From positions 2,376,408 to 2,440,407 of the forward strand of contig NW_003314278.1 in NCBI RefSeq assembly GCF_000143415.4: a stretch of 64,000 bases of DNA. Reading direction: 5' to 3'. Both the position numbers and the translations under genes were made by a program. This stretch comes from Selaginella moellendorffii. Taxonomy: Eukaryota; Plantae; Lycopodiophyta. The number at the start of each line of letters is the position of its first letter. Within the stretch, counting starts at the first letter, position 1. Below the pieces are notes generated by a model. It saw only the letters and a program-made list of their open reading frames with translations. It made no database searches and was not told where the DNA came from. Below are positions 10,451 to 22,680 of this stretch, one piece after another.

Positions 10451-11983
10451 ATGGCAGATCAGCAATCTCCTCCTTTGACTCTCGAGCAGCAATTGGTCCA
10501 ATTGCTTGATGCTATGCGCTTGCAATTGAACTGTAAGCTCCTGAGTTTGGACTTCCCAGGAGGTCACCCAGCCCAGTACTATTCAAACCCAAGGACGCTT
10601 AACTCTAAATATCCCAAGACCCTTAACCGATTAGAAAAGGGGGTGCACTCTTGTTCATGGGCCCTTTCCCTCTATATTTGAACCCCTATGGATCGTCTCT
10701 CGAGTCGTTCCCTTTGGTTGCTTACAATCCACCACGCTTCCCTGCAAGTTCACGCCCTCGTGAACGGAAGCTGAAAGCCGCAGCTCTCCCGAGAGCCCCG
10801 CTCTCTTGACACCCTACCCCTCGGGTCGAGCCCAGTGGGAGCAAACTGGACCAGCCAGATGTCAATCAACATGTGGTGCGATTCCCCTAGCCAACCAACA
10901 GAGTCGGACCCGAGACCTCTCTGATACCAAATGTAAGCTCCTGAGTTTGGACTTCCCGGGAGGTCACCCAGCCCAGTACTATTCAAACCCAAGGACGTTT
11001 AACTCTAAATATCCCAAGACCCTTAACCGATTAGAAAAGGGGGTGCACTCTTGTTCATGGGCCCTTTCCCTCTATATTTGAACCCCTATGGATCATCTCT
11101 CGAGTCGTTCCCTTTGGTTGCTTACATGAACAACCAAACTCAATTGATGGCGGCATTCACGGCACGTGGTCCAACTCCTCCTGCTCTTGGTGCCAATCCT
11201 TGCGTTTGGCTGGAGTTCGTTCGTGGGAATCCCGGGGATGATGTGTACCATTGGTTCGATCACTTCACGGTGATTGCCACATATCATTCTTGGGATGATG
11301 CTCGACTTTTACGTGAGTTTCTCACATATCTCCAAGGGACGGCGTTGCAGTGGTATAATGGATTGAGTGCGGCCACTTGTGAGGATTGGAGTGTTCTTCC
11401 GGATGTCTTCAAACGCGCCTTCGGACATGCCGACAATTGTGACGATGCCTTCCAACAATTGCATCGTCTTCGCCAAGGGCCATCTGAGTCGGTGATGCAA
11501 TTTAGCGTTCGTTTCCGAAGTTTTTTGCTTCGTGCGGAGCCCAATATGTCGGAGCGGATCAAGCTAGGAATGTTGTGGCCAGCACTTCGTCAAGATCTTG
11601 TCGGCCTTGTGCATGCACTTGCTCCTGCCACCCTTGATGATGCTCTTCGCTTGGCACAACGTTATGAGACGTCGCCTCTTCCACTTCTCGCTGCACGTCC
11701 TTCCACTCCACTTTCTATGAGTGATGGTTCTATTCCCATGGAGGTTGATGCTGTTGCTCCTCGAGTCCAAGGACAAGGACAAGGACGTGGTCGTGGCCGT
11801 GATGTTTGTTGCTGGGCGTGTGATGAAGTTGGTCATACTTATCGGCGTTGTCGGCGCTTTCCGGATTGGCGACCTCTATTTCCTGGGTGGAGACCTTGGC
11901 GTCAACAACGTCCCGTTGGTGCTGCTGCAGTGGAAGGTTTGGACACCGAGATGAATCCGGGAAACGAGGAGTCGCGCGAGTAA
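10451..11983 (+). pseudogene. gag: gag of family A, interrupted by a TRIM insertion
   Basis: Removing 10532-11131 restores the frame MADQQ..LQLNNQTQLM..; Retrotrans_gag-like core (YLQGTALQWY, LRQGPSESVMQF) and zinc knuckle CWACDEVGHTYRRC. Confidence 0.9.
10532..11126 (-). mobile_element. Cassandra-type TRIM (595 bp) with a 5S rRNA-derived domain in both LTRs
   Basis: 195-bp LTRs 10532-10726 and 10932-11126 (TGTAAGC...GCTTACA, 3 differences); TSD TGAAC (10527-31 and 11127-31); PBS TGGTATCAGAG (initiator Met type); purine-rich tract before the 3' LTR; 205-bp non-coding interior; 5S box A to box C segment at 10549-10604 and 10949-11004. Confidence 0.95.
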
Positions 11984-12022
11984 TGGAGGGACCTTGTGCG
12001 AATAAGTCAGTGACCCCTCCAT
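11959..12022 (+). promoter_or_regulatory. Predicted -1 ribosomal frameshift signal (slippery heptamer plus pseudoknot)
   Basis: G GGA AAC in gag phase, 6-nt spacer, stem 1 11972-80/11993-12001, stem 2 11983-90/12015-22; pol is in the -1 frame. Confidence 0.8.
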
Positions 12023-15000
12023 CTTTCTTTCGGGAGTATCATCAAGGGGTTCACTCGGCACCAGTTCATCCAGTGTTTACTTTCCAAGCTCATCTTTATA
12101 ACAAGAGGTCTCCTATTATTCTCTCCGTGTTGGTTGATACAGGTTCGAGTTTATCTTCTATTGCTCGACCTGTTGCCACACGTTGTCGTCTACACTTGCG
12201 TCGTGCGGCAGAACTAGTTTTCATTCTTTATGGCAACGGCCGTACACATGCATGTGCACGGGATGAGGCAGACCTGGTTGTGCGTGTAGGCGATCTCGAG
12301 CTTGAGTTGCAGTCATTGCGGGTGGTGCCGAGTCAAGCTTTTGACCTCATTCTTGGTATGGATTGGTTGCAGCGCAATCATACCAAGTGTGACTTTGAGG
12401 CTTCTCCCCCTTGTCTCATACTTCCTTATGTTTCCTCCATTCCTCTCACATCTGTACCTCTTCGTCCCTCTACTTCTACCTCTGCTTCCATTACTTTTGT
12501 TCCCCCACTATTTCCTCCTGTGTTTCCATTTTGTTCTGCTCTTCCCTTTTCCGATCCCTTCGACGATCTTTGTGTTGCAGCAGTTGACCGGCTCATGAAG
12601 GAGTATTCTAATCTCTTTGACTTTGACCTATCGTCTGGAGCCAAGATTGCTATACGTCATCCGATTCCAACAGGGGATGCTCGTCCAATCAAGGTTTTTG
12701 TTCGTCGTCGGTCACCAAAGGAAATCAAGATTTTACATGCAAATGTCCAGGAGATATTGGAGAAGGGGGTTATTCTGAAGTCGCGAAGTCCTTGGGTATG
12801 TGAACCTCATCTTGTGACGAAGCCTGATGGGAGTATTCGTTTCTGCATCGACTATCATCCGTTAAACGACGTAACGATCCCGGATGTGTACCCTCTTCCT
12901 CACATTGTTGATCTCTTGGATCGTCTGGGGCGAAGTCGTTGGTTTACCAAGCTAGATCTTGCTTCTGGGTACTGGCAAGTACTGATGGCCGAAGAAGATA
13001 TTCCTAAGACTACTTTTCGTACACCATTTGGTTTGTATGAGTTCTTGGTGATGCCATTTGGTTTGAACAATGCTCCAGCAACTTTTCAACGGATGATGGA
13101 CGAGGTTCTTTGCGATATGCCGGAGGTGACTGCTGACTTCATTGATGATGTCTTGATCCACTTGGAGGGGACATGGGAGGAGCACGTTCGTGATGTTTGT
13201 AAAGTGTTGGATCGGCTACGTAACGTTGGTTTAAAGCTGAAGCGGTCGAAGTGCGTGTTTGGATCCAAGGACACAACTTATCTTGGGTACCGTATTTCTC
13301 GTGAGGGTTTGCAAGTTGATCCTGACAAACTTGTGGCTGTTCTAAAGTTCCTTACTCCGAAGTGTGTGAATGATGTGCAGCGCTTCTTGGGCAAGATGCA
13401 GTATCTTGGGCGTTTTGTGGATCATCTTTCTGATCGCACTACGCCATTGCGAGCGTTGCTGAAGTCATCAACATCATCTTTCATCTGGTCTCCGGATTAT
13501 GAGCGGGCGTTTGGGGATCTCAAAAAGTTATTAACAACTCCTCCGGTTTTGGCATATCCTGACTACACTCGACCTTTTATTTTGCGCGTGGATGCTTTTG
13601 ACATTGGTCTTGGAGGTGTGTTAATGCAAGAGAGCTCGAGTGTGCCTGGTCAATGCCATCCCATTGCATATATAAGCCGTACATTATAACCAGTGGAGAT
13701 GAACTACTCCACAACAGAGAAGGAGTGTTTAGCAGCAGTTTGGGGTTTCGAGAAACTTCATGCATATCTACATGGTTCTTGGACGTTACTTGAAGGTGAC
13801 CATACTGCTGTTACTTCGTTATTAAAGCGAAAGAACTTAGTTGGTCGTACTACTCGGTAGGCTTTGAAGCTTCAGATATATGATTTTGATGTTGTTCACC
13901 GCCTAAGGAGTTCTATGGCTGATGCTGATGCCCTTTCTCGAGCTCTTCTTCCTTCTTCATTCTCTTCTCATGTTTCTGACGAGCCTGTCGTTCCAGCATC
14001 TATGGATTTTCTAGACGAAGATTCTGTGCCGTCGGCGGTTGCTATACTTGACGTTCAGTGTCCACAAGGTGCAGAGCAAGATCTACCTTCGCTTGATGAG
14101 GTTCGCGAGGCTCAAAAGATTGAGCCATGGATTCGAAGGCTTCGAGATGGGTTTGAGAATCTTACATCACTTGCTGATGACTTGCCTTTCCGGCATTTAC
14201 ATTCTCAATATCGTCTTGAAGGTGGCCTTCTTTATTTTGTGGGGACAGATTCTGATGATCATTTACGGCTGGTGGTGCCTTCTATCTTTATTCCGCGGTT
14301 TCTCCATGCCTACCATGATTCTCCTATTCTAGGTGGGCATATAGGACATCGTTGTGTAATCGAGAAGCTACGCAGGTCTTTCTATTTGCCAGAGATGCGA
14401 CGTGATATTATCCGGTATGTGCGTAGCTGCGTTTGGTGCCAAGCTCGTAATACTCCCCCTCGGACTGCGGAAGGACGGTTGGAGTCAATTGCAGTTTCCC
14501 GTGCATTTGAATTGGTGGCATTTGATCTTATGGGACCTTTTCCACGGTCAACTGCTGGCAATGAGTATGTTATTATTGCTTCTAACTATTTGACTCATTA
14601 GGTGGAAGTTGGTGCTCTTGCTAGTGCCTCTGCAACTGCTGTTGGATACTTCCTCCTCAATCGAGTGGTGTTCCAACATTCTTGTCCAGAGCGGATTCTT
14701 TCAGATAATGGTCCCGCTTTTATGGCTGAGGCGTTTCATGTTTTGACGTCTCGGTTGGGGATTCGCCACACTTTCACGAGTGCTTATCATCCACAATCAG
14801 ACGGTCTGGTGGAACGGCTCGTTCGGATGTTCAAGGGGATGATTGCGAAGTATGTGAACTTTCAGCATTCGGATTGGGATGGTTATTTGCCGTCTCTTCG
14901 GTATGCATATATCACTGGGGTGCAGAGTTCTGTTGGTGCTTCACCATATAAACTCCTATATAGTCATGATCCAATATTACCAACGGAGCTGGGTTTACCT

Positions 15001-15447
15001 TCGTGATTGCCACGAGCTACAGATGCTAGGTCATGGGATCAATATTTGACAAGCATTCTTCCACTTGTCCGAGCGGAGTCTGCCGAACACTTAGGCCGCG
15101 TACAAGTGGGACAACAACGGCGCTACAACTCCCGTCATCGTCCACCTGCGGAGTACAAAGTGGATGATTTGGTGTTAGTCCGTTTTCCCCATCTTACGGT
15201 ACGTGGTTTGTCTAAGGGGCTCCTTGCACAGCGGAAAAGACCATATCGGGTGTTGCAGCAAGTTGGACCACAAGTTTATGAGGTTCGGCATGACGTTCAG
15301 CAGGCTGATCCTCCAGAGATTGTGCATGTGCAGCAGTTGGAACGCTTCATACAAAGGGATCAAGAGCAGTTAATACCATCTATAGATCCGTCGATGCCTC
15401 CTCCTGATGTTCCTCCAAATCCCGGCCCGTCTACAAAAGAACCCTAA
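11962..15447 (+). pseudogene. pol: pol of family A (PR-RT-RNase H-INT) with four in-frame stops
   Basis: LVDTGS and LILGMDWL (PR); LDLASGYWQ, MPFGLNNAP, FIDD (RT); NYSTTEKE (RH); H..GH..CVWC, FDLMGP, SDNGP, RPY (INT); stops at 13687, 13858, 14599 and 15004, all explicable by transitions (the inverted copy has CGA at the last). Confidence 0.92.
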
Positions 15448-15652
15448 TGGTCTTCCATTATCCTGAGAGGGGGGGATGATGTGAGGGCCAAGTGTACGAC
15501 TACGATGCCGTATACTAATATTAGCGTAGTGGGATTTTGGTAGCCGTCGGATCAGTTTCAATCCGGACCACTCGCTCCTGTATATAAGCTAGGGTTTTTG
15601 GGCTAATTGATATGCACATTTCTGTATTCCCTTTCCATATTCCAAGCACTCA

Positions 15653-15786
15653 GAAAAGATGATTTATTAAAATTTAAATATAAAAAAAAGGGCCCATAAG
15701 CAAAAATAAACCCCCTTTTTCAATTGGTTAAGGGTTTTGGGTTTAAGTAATTTTCTTCTTGGGAAGTTTAAATTCAAGAATTTACA
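15653..15786 (+). mobile_element. Heavily decayed Cassandra-type LTR fragment
   Basis: agggcccata..cccccttttt..ggttaagggt..gggaagtttaaattcaagaatttaca follows the LTR consensus. Confidence 0.55.
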
Positions 15787-15902
15787 ATTTATAAGCGGTA
15801 TCAATTTTTTTTTATCCCTTTGTTATGAAGGTAACCTCAACTTTGTTGGTAGTATTAGGTAATGACTAATGCAATTTGAATGATTAAAGTTCATGTACTT
15901 TG

Positions 15903-16603
15903 AGTAAGCTCTTAAGTTTGAACTTTGCAAAAGGTTATCGAGCCCAATATTATTTAAACCAATGACCCTTAACCTTAAGTATCACAAGACTTTTAGCCGA
16001 TTGGAAAAATGGGTGTACTTTTATTCATAGATCTTTTCTCTTTATATTTAAACCCTTATAGATTATTTATTGAATCATTTATTGAATCATTCCACTCTAC
16101 CCCTCAAGTCAGGTCTAGCTAGAACAAATTGGACCTACCAAATGTCAATTAACATATGCTGCAATTCCCGTAGCCAACTAGCAAAGTCAAACCTAAGACC
16201 CTTTCTGATACCTCCATAGAGCCCTTAACAAACCAACAGAGTCAAACTTGAGCCCTTCTTTAATACCTCCCGAGAGCTTTGCTTTCTTGACACCCTACCC
16301 TTTAAGTCAGGCCCAGCTAGAGCAAATTAGACCCACCAAATGTCAATTAACATGTGGTGCAATTTCTTTAGCCAATTAATAGAGTCAAACCTAAGACCCT
16401 CTTAAATACAAAATGTAAAGCTCCTGAGTTTAGACAATTCCCAGGAGATCACTCAACCCAGTACTATTCAAACCCAAGAATGCTTAACCTTAAGTATCCC
16501 AATACCCTTAATCAATTAAAAAAAGAAATGCACTAGGCCTTTTCACTTTATATTTGAACCCTTATGAATCATCTCTCGAAATCATTCTCTTTACTTGTTT
16601 ATA
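15903..16603 (-). mobile_element. Decayed Cassandra-type TRIM inserted in the integrase of the old A copy
   Basis: Two degenerate LTRs (~15903-16090, 16413-16603), partly duplicated interior, TSD ctttg/ttttg; flanks rejoin as the integrase MIAKY/VNF region. Confidence 0.8.
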
Positions 16604-17385
16604 TTTTGCAATCATCCTTTTGAAAGTCCAATCGAACTATTTTACCAAACCATCCATATATAGATGATTAGCACTTGTGAGAGTGTGATATATCCTCTGC
16701 TAAGATGTTAAAACATGAAATACCTCACTATGAAACACAAATCCCTAAGCCCTAAGGTAGAGCTGAAAAAGTGCCACATGGTAGTGGTCGAAGTGGAAGT
16801 CCAACAAGCATAACATGTTTGGACCAAAAGCTTTGATTTGGAAAGTCAAGAGCAAAGTGCTTAAGAAATGAGTAACAACTCAAACCCTGAACTCATACTC
16901 CAAGAATTGTATAAGGACAAAAGCTTTTATTCCTTTAACAATTCAGCCAAAACTTCAGCTAGCAATCTAATCCACTCTTGCCCACAGTGCGGGCACATTG
17001 TACTCACTCACTATTCACTAGATAACCTTGTTTGTTTTGCATGTCACCGCACTCGAATATGTTGTATCACTGCATTGGCTCTATGCTATGCTCCATTGTT
17101 TTACCTTTTTTACTTATACCACACTCCACTTGTCATTCTTCTCTCTACCCTAACTTCTCTTAACTTCCTCCCACCTCCCTATATTCTTTTGAAATATTCA
17201 AATATTCCTTTAAAATCTTCTCAGCTCCTACTTATTTTCTTCTCATAAAGCTCTTAACTAAAAAAAATTACAAAAAGAGAAAATTTCTACCATCAACAAT
17301 AAGCATGAAGCAATCAATGAATGAGTCTCTATAAAGGGACACAAAAAGGACTGACACATAGCAAGTGGCATGACATATAGAAGTG

Positions 17386-17600
17386 TCGAGATCAAATCTA
17401 AGATAGAATTCGAGATGGAGTTCGAGAAGGAGTCTAAGAAGAAATTTGAGATGGAGTTTGAAAAGGAATCCAAGATGGAGTCTGCGAAGGAATCCGAGAT
17501 GGGGACCAAGACCGAGATCGAGACCGAGACCAAGACTGACTGAGACTGGGGCCAAGACCTAATTCAAGACCACATTTGAGTCCAAGTCCAAGTCCAAGGG
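17386..17600. repeat. Degenerate 6/12-bp tandem array (gagatggagttc-like)
   Basis: Periodic (c)gagaNNgagtt/tc units; related array at 22760-22930. Confidence 0.75.
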
Positions 17601-17911
17601 TGAAAGCCCAAAGCATCATTTCTTAGACCTTAGGGGGTTTAATGAGATCCAAAAGGATAGTAGGAGGAGGACTCCAATTTATCAAAGAAAGGTCAATATG
17701 ACCAAGGAAGGTTATATCTATGTGGTGGATAATAATATAACCACTGAAACTAAAGTGAACACGAATAGACAAATAGGGAATTTAGTGAAGTGTTCAAGAG
17801 TTGGTTTTAGTTCCCCAGAAGATCGAATGGTCGATGCTTCCAGTCCAAATGCCTACCTACTTGGAATACCTAGTGTGGCTCATCAGAACCTTGCTTTAGC
17901 TATATAGCAAG

Positions 17912-18729
17912 TGTAAGCAACCAAAGAGAACGACTTGAGAGGCAATCCATAAAGGTTTAAATATAAAGGGATAGGGCCTATGAATAAAAGTGCACCCCTT
18001 TTTCTAATCAGTTAAGGGTCTTGGGATATTTAGGGTTAAGCGTCCTTGGGTTTAAATAATACTGGGCTGGGTGACCTCCCAAGAAGTCCAAACTCAGGAG
18101 CTTACATTTGGTATCAGAGGGGTCTCGAGTCCGACTCTGTTGGTTGACTAGGGGAATCGCACCATATGTTGATTGACATTTGGCAGGTCCAGGTTAGCTA
18201 GGGGAATCGCACCACATGTTAATTGACATCTGGCAGGTCCAGTTTGCTCCCGCTGAGCTCGACCCAAGGGGTAGGGTGTCAAGAGAGCAAGGCTCTAGGG
18301 GAATCACACCATATGTTGATTGACATCTAGCAGGTCTAATTTGCTCCCGCTGGGCTCGACTCGAGGGGTAGGGTGTCAAGAGAGCGAGGCTCTCGGGAGA
18401 GCTGTGGCTCTCAGCTTTTGTTCACGAGGGCTCGACTCGAGGGGTAGGGTGTCAAGAGAGCGAGGCTCTCGGGAGAGCTGTGGCTCTCAGCTTTTGTTCA
18501 CGAGGGTGTGAACTTGCAGGGAAGCGTGGTAGATTATAAGCAACCAAAGAGAATGACTTGAGAGGCGATCTATAAGAGTTCAAATATAGAAGGAAAGGGC
18601 CCATGAATAAAAGTGCACCCCCTTTTTCAATCGGTTAAGGATCTTGGGATACTTGGAGTTAAGCGTCCTTGGGTTTGAATAATACTGGGCTGGGTGACCT
18701 CCCGGGAAGTCCAAACTCAAGAGCTTACA
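17912..18729 (+). mobile_element. Cassandra-type TRIM with an internally amplified middle region
   Basis: 195-bp LTRs 17912-18106 and 18535-18729; PBS tggtatcagag at 18109; 5S domain in each LTR; tandem duplications in the interior; TSD imperfect. Confidence 0.9.
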
Positions 18730-21700
18730 GCTAAGACACCTAAGGGTAGAAGGTGAGGAGAGTGTAGAGCCCCAGTGTTTCAAAACATTATCCCAAATCC
18801 TAGATTGGGGAAAGGAGGAAGAACAATTCTCATGTGTAATGACTAAAGATACAATCACATAGTGAGGAAGCCTAACGGTCAAGATTCCATAACATATGGC
18901 CTAGTCAAATGGTATGGTACAAATGGTCTTAGATTACTAATAAAATAAGGGTAAAAAAACATAGCCTTAGTGTAATAGGCTAAAATGTTAATAATACTTT
19001 TGGGGTGTTGGTCATAGGATTAGAAATATGGAGTATTTGGACCAAGTGCAAAGGCTAAGTGGTATAGATGTTATTTATGAGTTAGCATATTCCCAAGTCG
19101 TGAATAGAACTTATAAAGGTTGTGAGTGAGACTCCTTCAAATGATCAAAGATGTGGCTAAGTGACTAAAGTAGAAAGAAAAATTTAATCACTTACACTCA
19201 GTTATAAATATAGAACCATTATCTAAGAGAATCCACTTCAGATATGAATATTCGAACACCACTTAATTGAGAAGGAAGTATTCAATAGTAGTTGTAGATA
19301 CATTAGCAAGAGCACTAACATCCACCCAATAAGTTAAGTAGTCAAAAGTAATAATGATGTATTCATTGCTAGTAATCAATTTTGAAAAAGGCCCTATCAA
19401 ATCAAATACCACAAACTCAAACAAACATGAAACTATAATTCACTTCAACTATCCTTCCACAACATAAGGGGGAATATTATGAACTTGGCACTAAATGCAA
19501 TTGCATATATACTGAATAACATCATGTCATATTTCTAGTTAATAGAAAGACTTGTGTAGCTTCTTAGTCACACAACGATGTCCCATACGCCTTCTTAAAA
19601 TAGAGGAGTCATGAAAAAAGTATAAAATAAAGATCAAAAGCACCACCAATTGTAAATAATCATCACGATCAGTCCTCACAAAATAAAGAAGGTCATCTTC
19701 AAGGTGATATTAAGAATATAAATGCCAAAAAGGCAAGTCATCAACAAGTGATGCATAATTTTTAAATCCATCACAAATCCTTTGGATCTATAATTTAATT
19801 TTTTAAGCCTTATGAACTTTATTAGGAGAAGATAAATCTTGCTCTACATTTCATGAATACTAAACATCTAGTATAGCAATTGTTGATGGTATGGAATCCT
19901 TGTTTAAAAAACCCATTAATGCTAAAATAACATAGTCATAAAAAATATAAGAAGAGAGTTAAGAAGGAGATAAGCTCAAGAAAGGGTGTCAACATCAGCT
20001 ATAAAAACTCCCTAGGCAATGAATAACCTTAAAATCATATATCTAAAGCTTCAAAACCCACTAAATAATATAATCAATTAAATTCTTCCCTTTCAATAAT
20101 GAAGTAATTGCAATATGATAACCTTTAGTAAATTGGTTGCAATATATGGCTAATATATGTAATGGGATGACACTGACAAAGCATACTCATGCTCTTTTAT
20201 ATCAATACACCCCTAAGACTAATATCAGAAGCATCTATGCATAAAATAAAATATCATTTGTAATCAAAATATACCAAAATAGAAGGAGGCATTTAAGATC
20301 TATAAATGCCCATTTCTAGTTCTCAAATTAAATGAACAACAATGTTAACAACAATGTTAACAACTTTAGAAACACTCTCAATGGTGCAATATGATCAGAA
20401 AGATGATAAAGAAAATGATTGAAATATTGTACCTTGCCTAAAAAGTATTGCATATCATTCACACACTTTGGAGTAGGGAACTTTAGAATAACCACAAATT
20501 TATTAAGATTAACTTACAAACCTTTATAAGAAATATAATAAGTGGTAACCTTAGACCCAAATATGCATTTAAACCACTTATTAACTTCCCCAACCAATCC
20601 AACACCTTGCAAACATCACAAACATGCTCTTCCTATATCCCCTCAAAATAGATTAAGATATCATTGATGAAGTTAATAATCACCTTTCGCATATTGTAAA
20701 GAACCTTATTCATTATCTATTGAAAAGGCACTAGAACATTGTTTAAACCAAATAATATCATCAAGAATTCATACAAACTAAATAGTGTATAAAATATAGT
20801 TTTGGAAACATTTTCCTTAGCTATTAGTACTTACTAGTATCTAAAATTTAATTAATTAATTAATTAATTTCCTTTAATTTGGTAAATAAATAACTTCTTC
20901 CTAGACGATTCAATAGATAGTAGTGTGTACATATCTAGGGTAGTTACCTCATTTAATAGATGATAGTCGATGCCAAATTGATTCATCAAGCTTTATCACA
21001 ATATAAAGTTCACAAGTGTAAAGATTCTAAGACTTTCAGATAACACCTTTCATTAACATCTCTTTAATGTTTGTATATAAAATCTTGATTTCCTTTGATG
21101 ATCGATGCCAAACAAAAACCTTAATTAGATGAGCATCTCCTGTTAGAATAGGATGATACATTACAATCTTGGGCCCCAAATGATAGATTAAAGTCGAGAA
21201 GATTAACATACTTCTTCTTGAGCCGGTTAACCACTACAACATAAAAACTATCTAAGGGATATAAAAAGGGAATAAATTAGTAAGATGGAAACACAATAGG
21301 AAGTAAAAGGGTTATAAAAGTGATAAAAGTAAAAGGACATAGTGGTTCACTTTGAAATCCGAATCCAATTCTGCATTGACAATAATAGCGTGAAGCATTT
21401 TTCCTACTGCTATAATGAGAGGCTAGAAACAACAATCTTAGTTGGAGGGGATTGGTTACACAATAACGAGGAGAGGACCTCCATGCAACAATAGCATCAC
21501 TATTACTGGAGATTGTACACTCCTCATTAGTTCACCATACTATGGGATTTAAGACTGTACATCTTCAAGGGCATTTTGTAACTTTGAGAAACTTTAAGTG
21601 TTATATGGATGGAGATCAAGTGAGGTAGTGCCTCCACAAATTTTACAACTGACTTAAGTCCTTTACATTAATAGGTGTAGTCACATGGGAGAGATGAAGC

Positions 21701-22307
21701 TAGGGACTATAGATAAGGAATAAAGTTCACAACCACTAAAGATTGGGAGCATGTGTTTATGGAGTGAGCAGCATGGATCTGTGCTATATAGAACTAAACT
21801 CTAGTTCCCTTGATATAAACTGTACAAAACTAGACTCTAGTTCCTTTGATCCTTCTTTTGTCACTACCTCTCATATAACTCTTCATTTCTTGAAAGAAAT
21901 TTTATGTCAAATTACCATTGTAGTAGCATCAATAGAACATTGATGATGTTAAGGCTTCCATCTAGAAAATGAAGGATGTCAATTTGGAAAACACCAAAAA
22001 CACTTATATGTGTGGCCAACTTCATCACACATTTAACAATTAACATCACAGCCACAACCATATCCTTGTCCTTGCCCTTGAACACAAGTAGCAATAGCAT
22101 CCACCTCCATTAGAACAAGATCTATATAGCAATAAGTGAAATAAATAATGTCTCATAATGTTGTACCAGTTGAAAAGTGTTGTTAAGAGTGGTGAGAACA
22201 AATACATGCATAAGTTTCACAAGATTTTGATGAAATACTAGCGACAACATTCTTAATTTGATTTAAATCTAACCTACACATGCCATCATTTGGAAGGATA
22301 TGGGAAA

Positions 22308-22502
22308 TGTAAGTTTTTGAATTTGGACTTCTTGAAAGGTCACCCAGCTTAATATTATTCTAACCCAAAGACACTTAACCCCAAATATCCCAAGACTTTT
22401 AACCGATTGAAAAAGGGGGTGCATTCTTATTCATGGGCTCTTTCCCTTTATATTTGAACCCTATGGATCGTCTTTCTGAGTCATTTTCTTTGGTTTCTTA
22501 TA
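22308..22502 (-). mobile_element. Cassandra-type solo LTR within gag of the old A copy
   Basis: 195-bp degenerate LTR; flanks ggaaa/gaaaa. Confidence 0.8.
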
Positions 22503-22680
22503 GAAAACTCTCATAGATATAGGGCATCATCCCAATAATGATATCATTGTAAAATGATTGAACTAATTATATATATAATCCTTAGTATTCCCATAGAAGA
22601 ACTCTAGCTAGATGTGAGGATTAGCAGTAAAAGTAAAAGTTGCACAATATATTATAAATGCCACTATTAATTAAGTTTAA

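Larger units (their letters stand above)
10045..15652 (+). mobile_element. Ty3/Gypsy LTR retrotransposon (family A), ~5.0 kb without its nested insertion, no chromodomain seen
   Basis: 171-bp LTRs 10045-10215 and 15482-15652 (TGAG...CTCA, 7 transitions apart); PBS TGGTGGAG at 10219; PPT gagagggggggatga before the 3' LTR; domain order gag-PR-RT-RH-INT; no matching TSD. Confidence 0.95.

Noticed and set aside
10549-10604. 5S rRNA gene
   Set aside because: Only the internal ~56 nt is present, embedded in TRIM LTRs; the 5' half and terminator are missing
11051-11126. N-terminus of the 310-aa ORF as the gag start
   Set aside because: It is TRIM LTR sequence; the real gag starts at 10451
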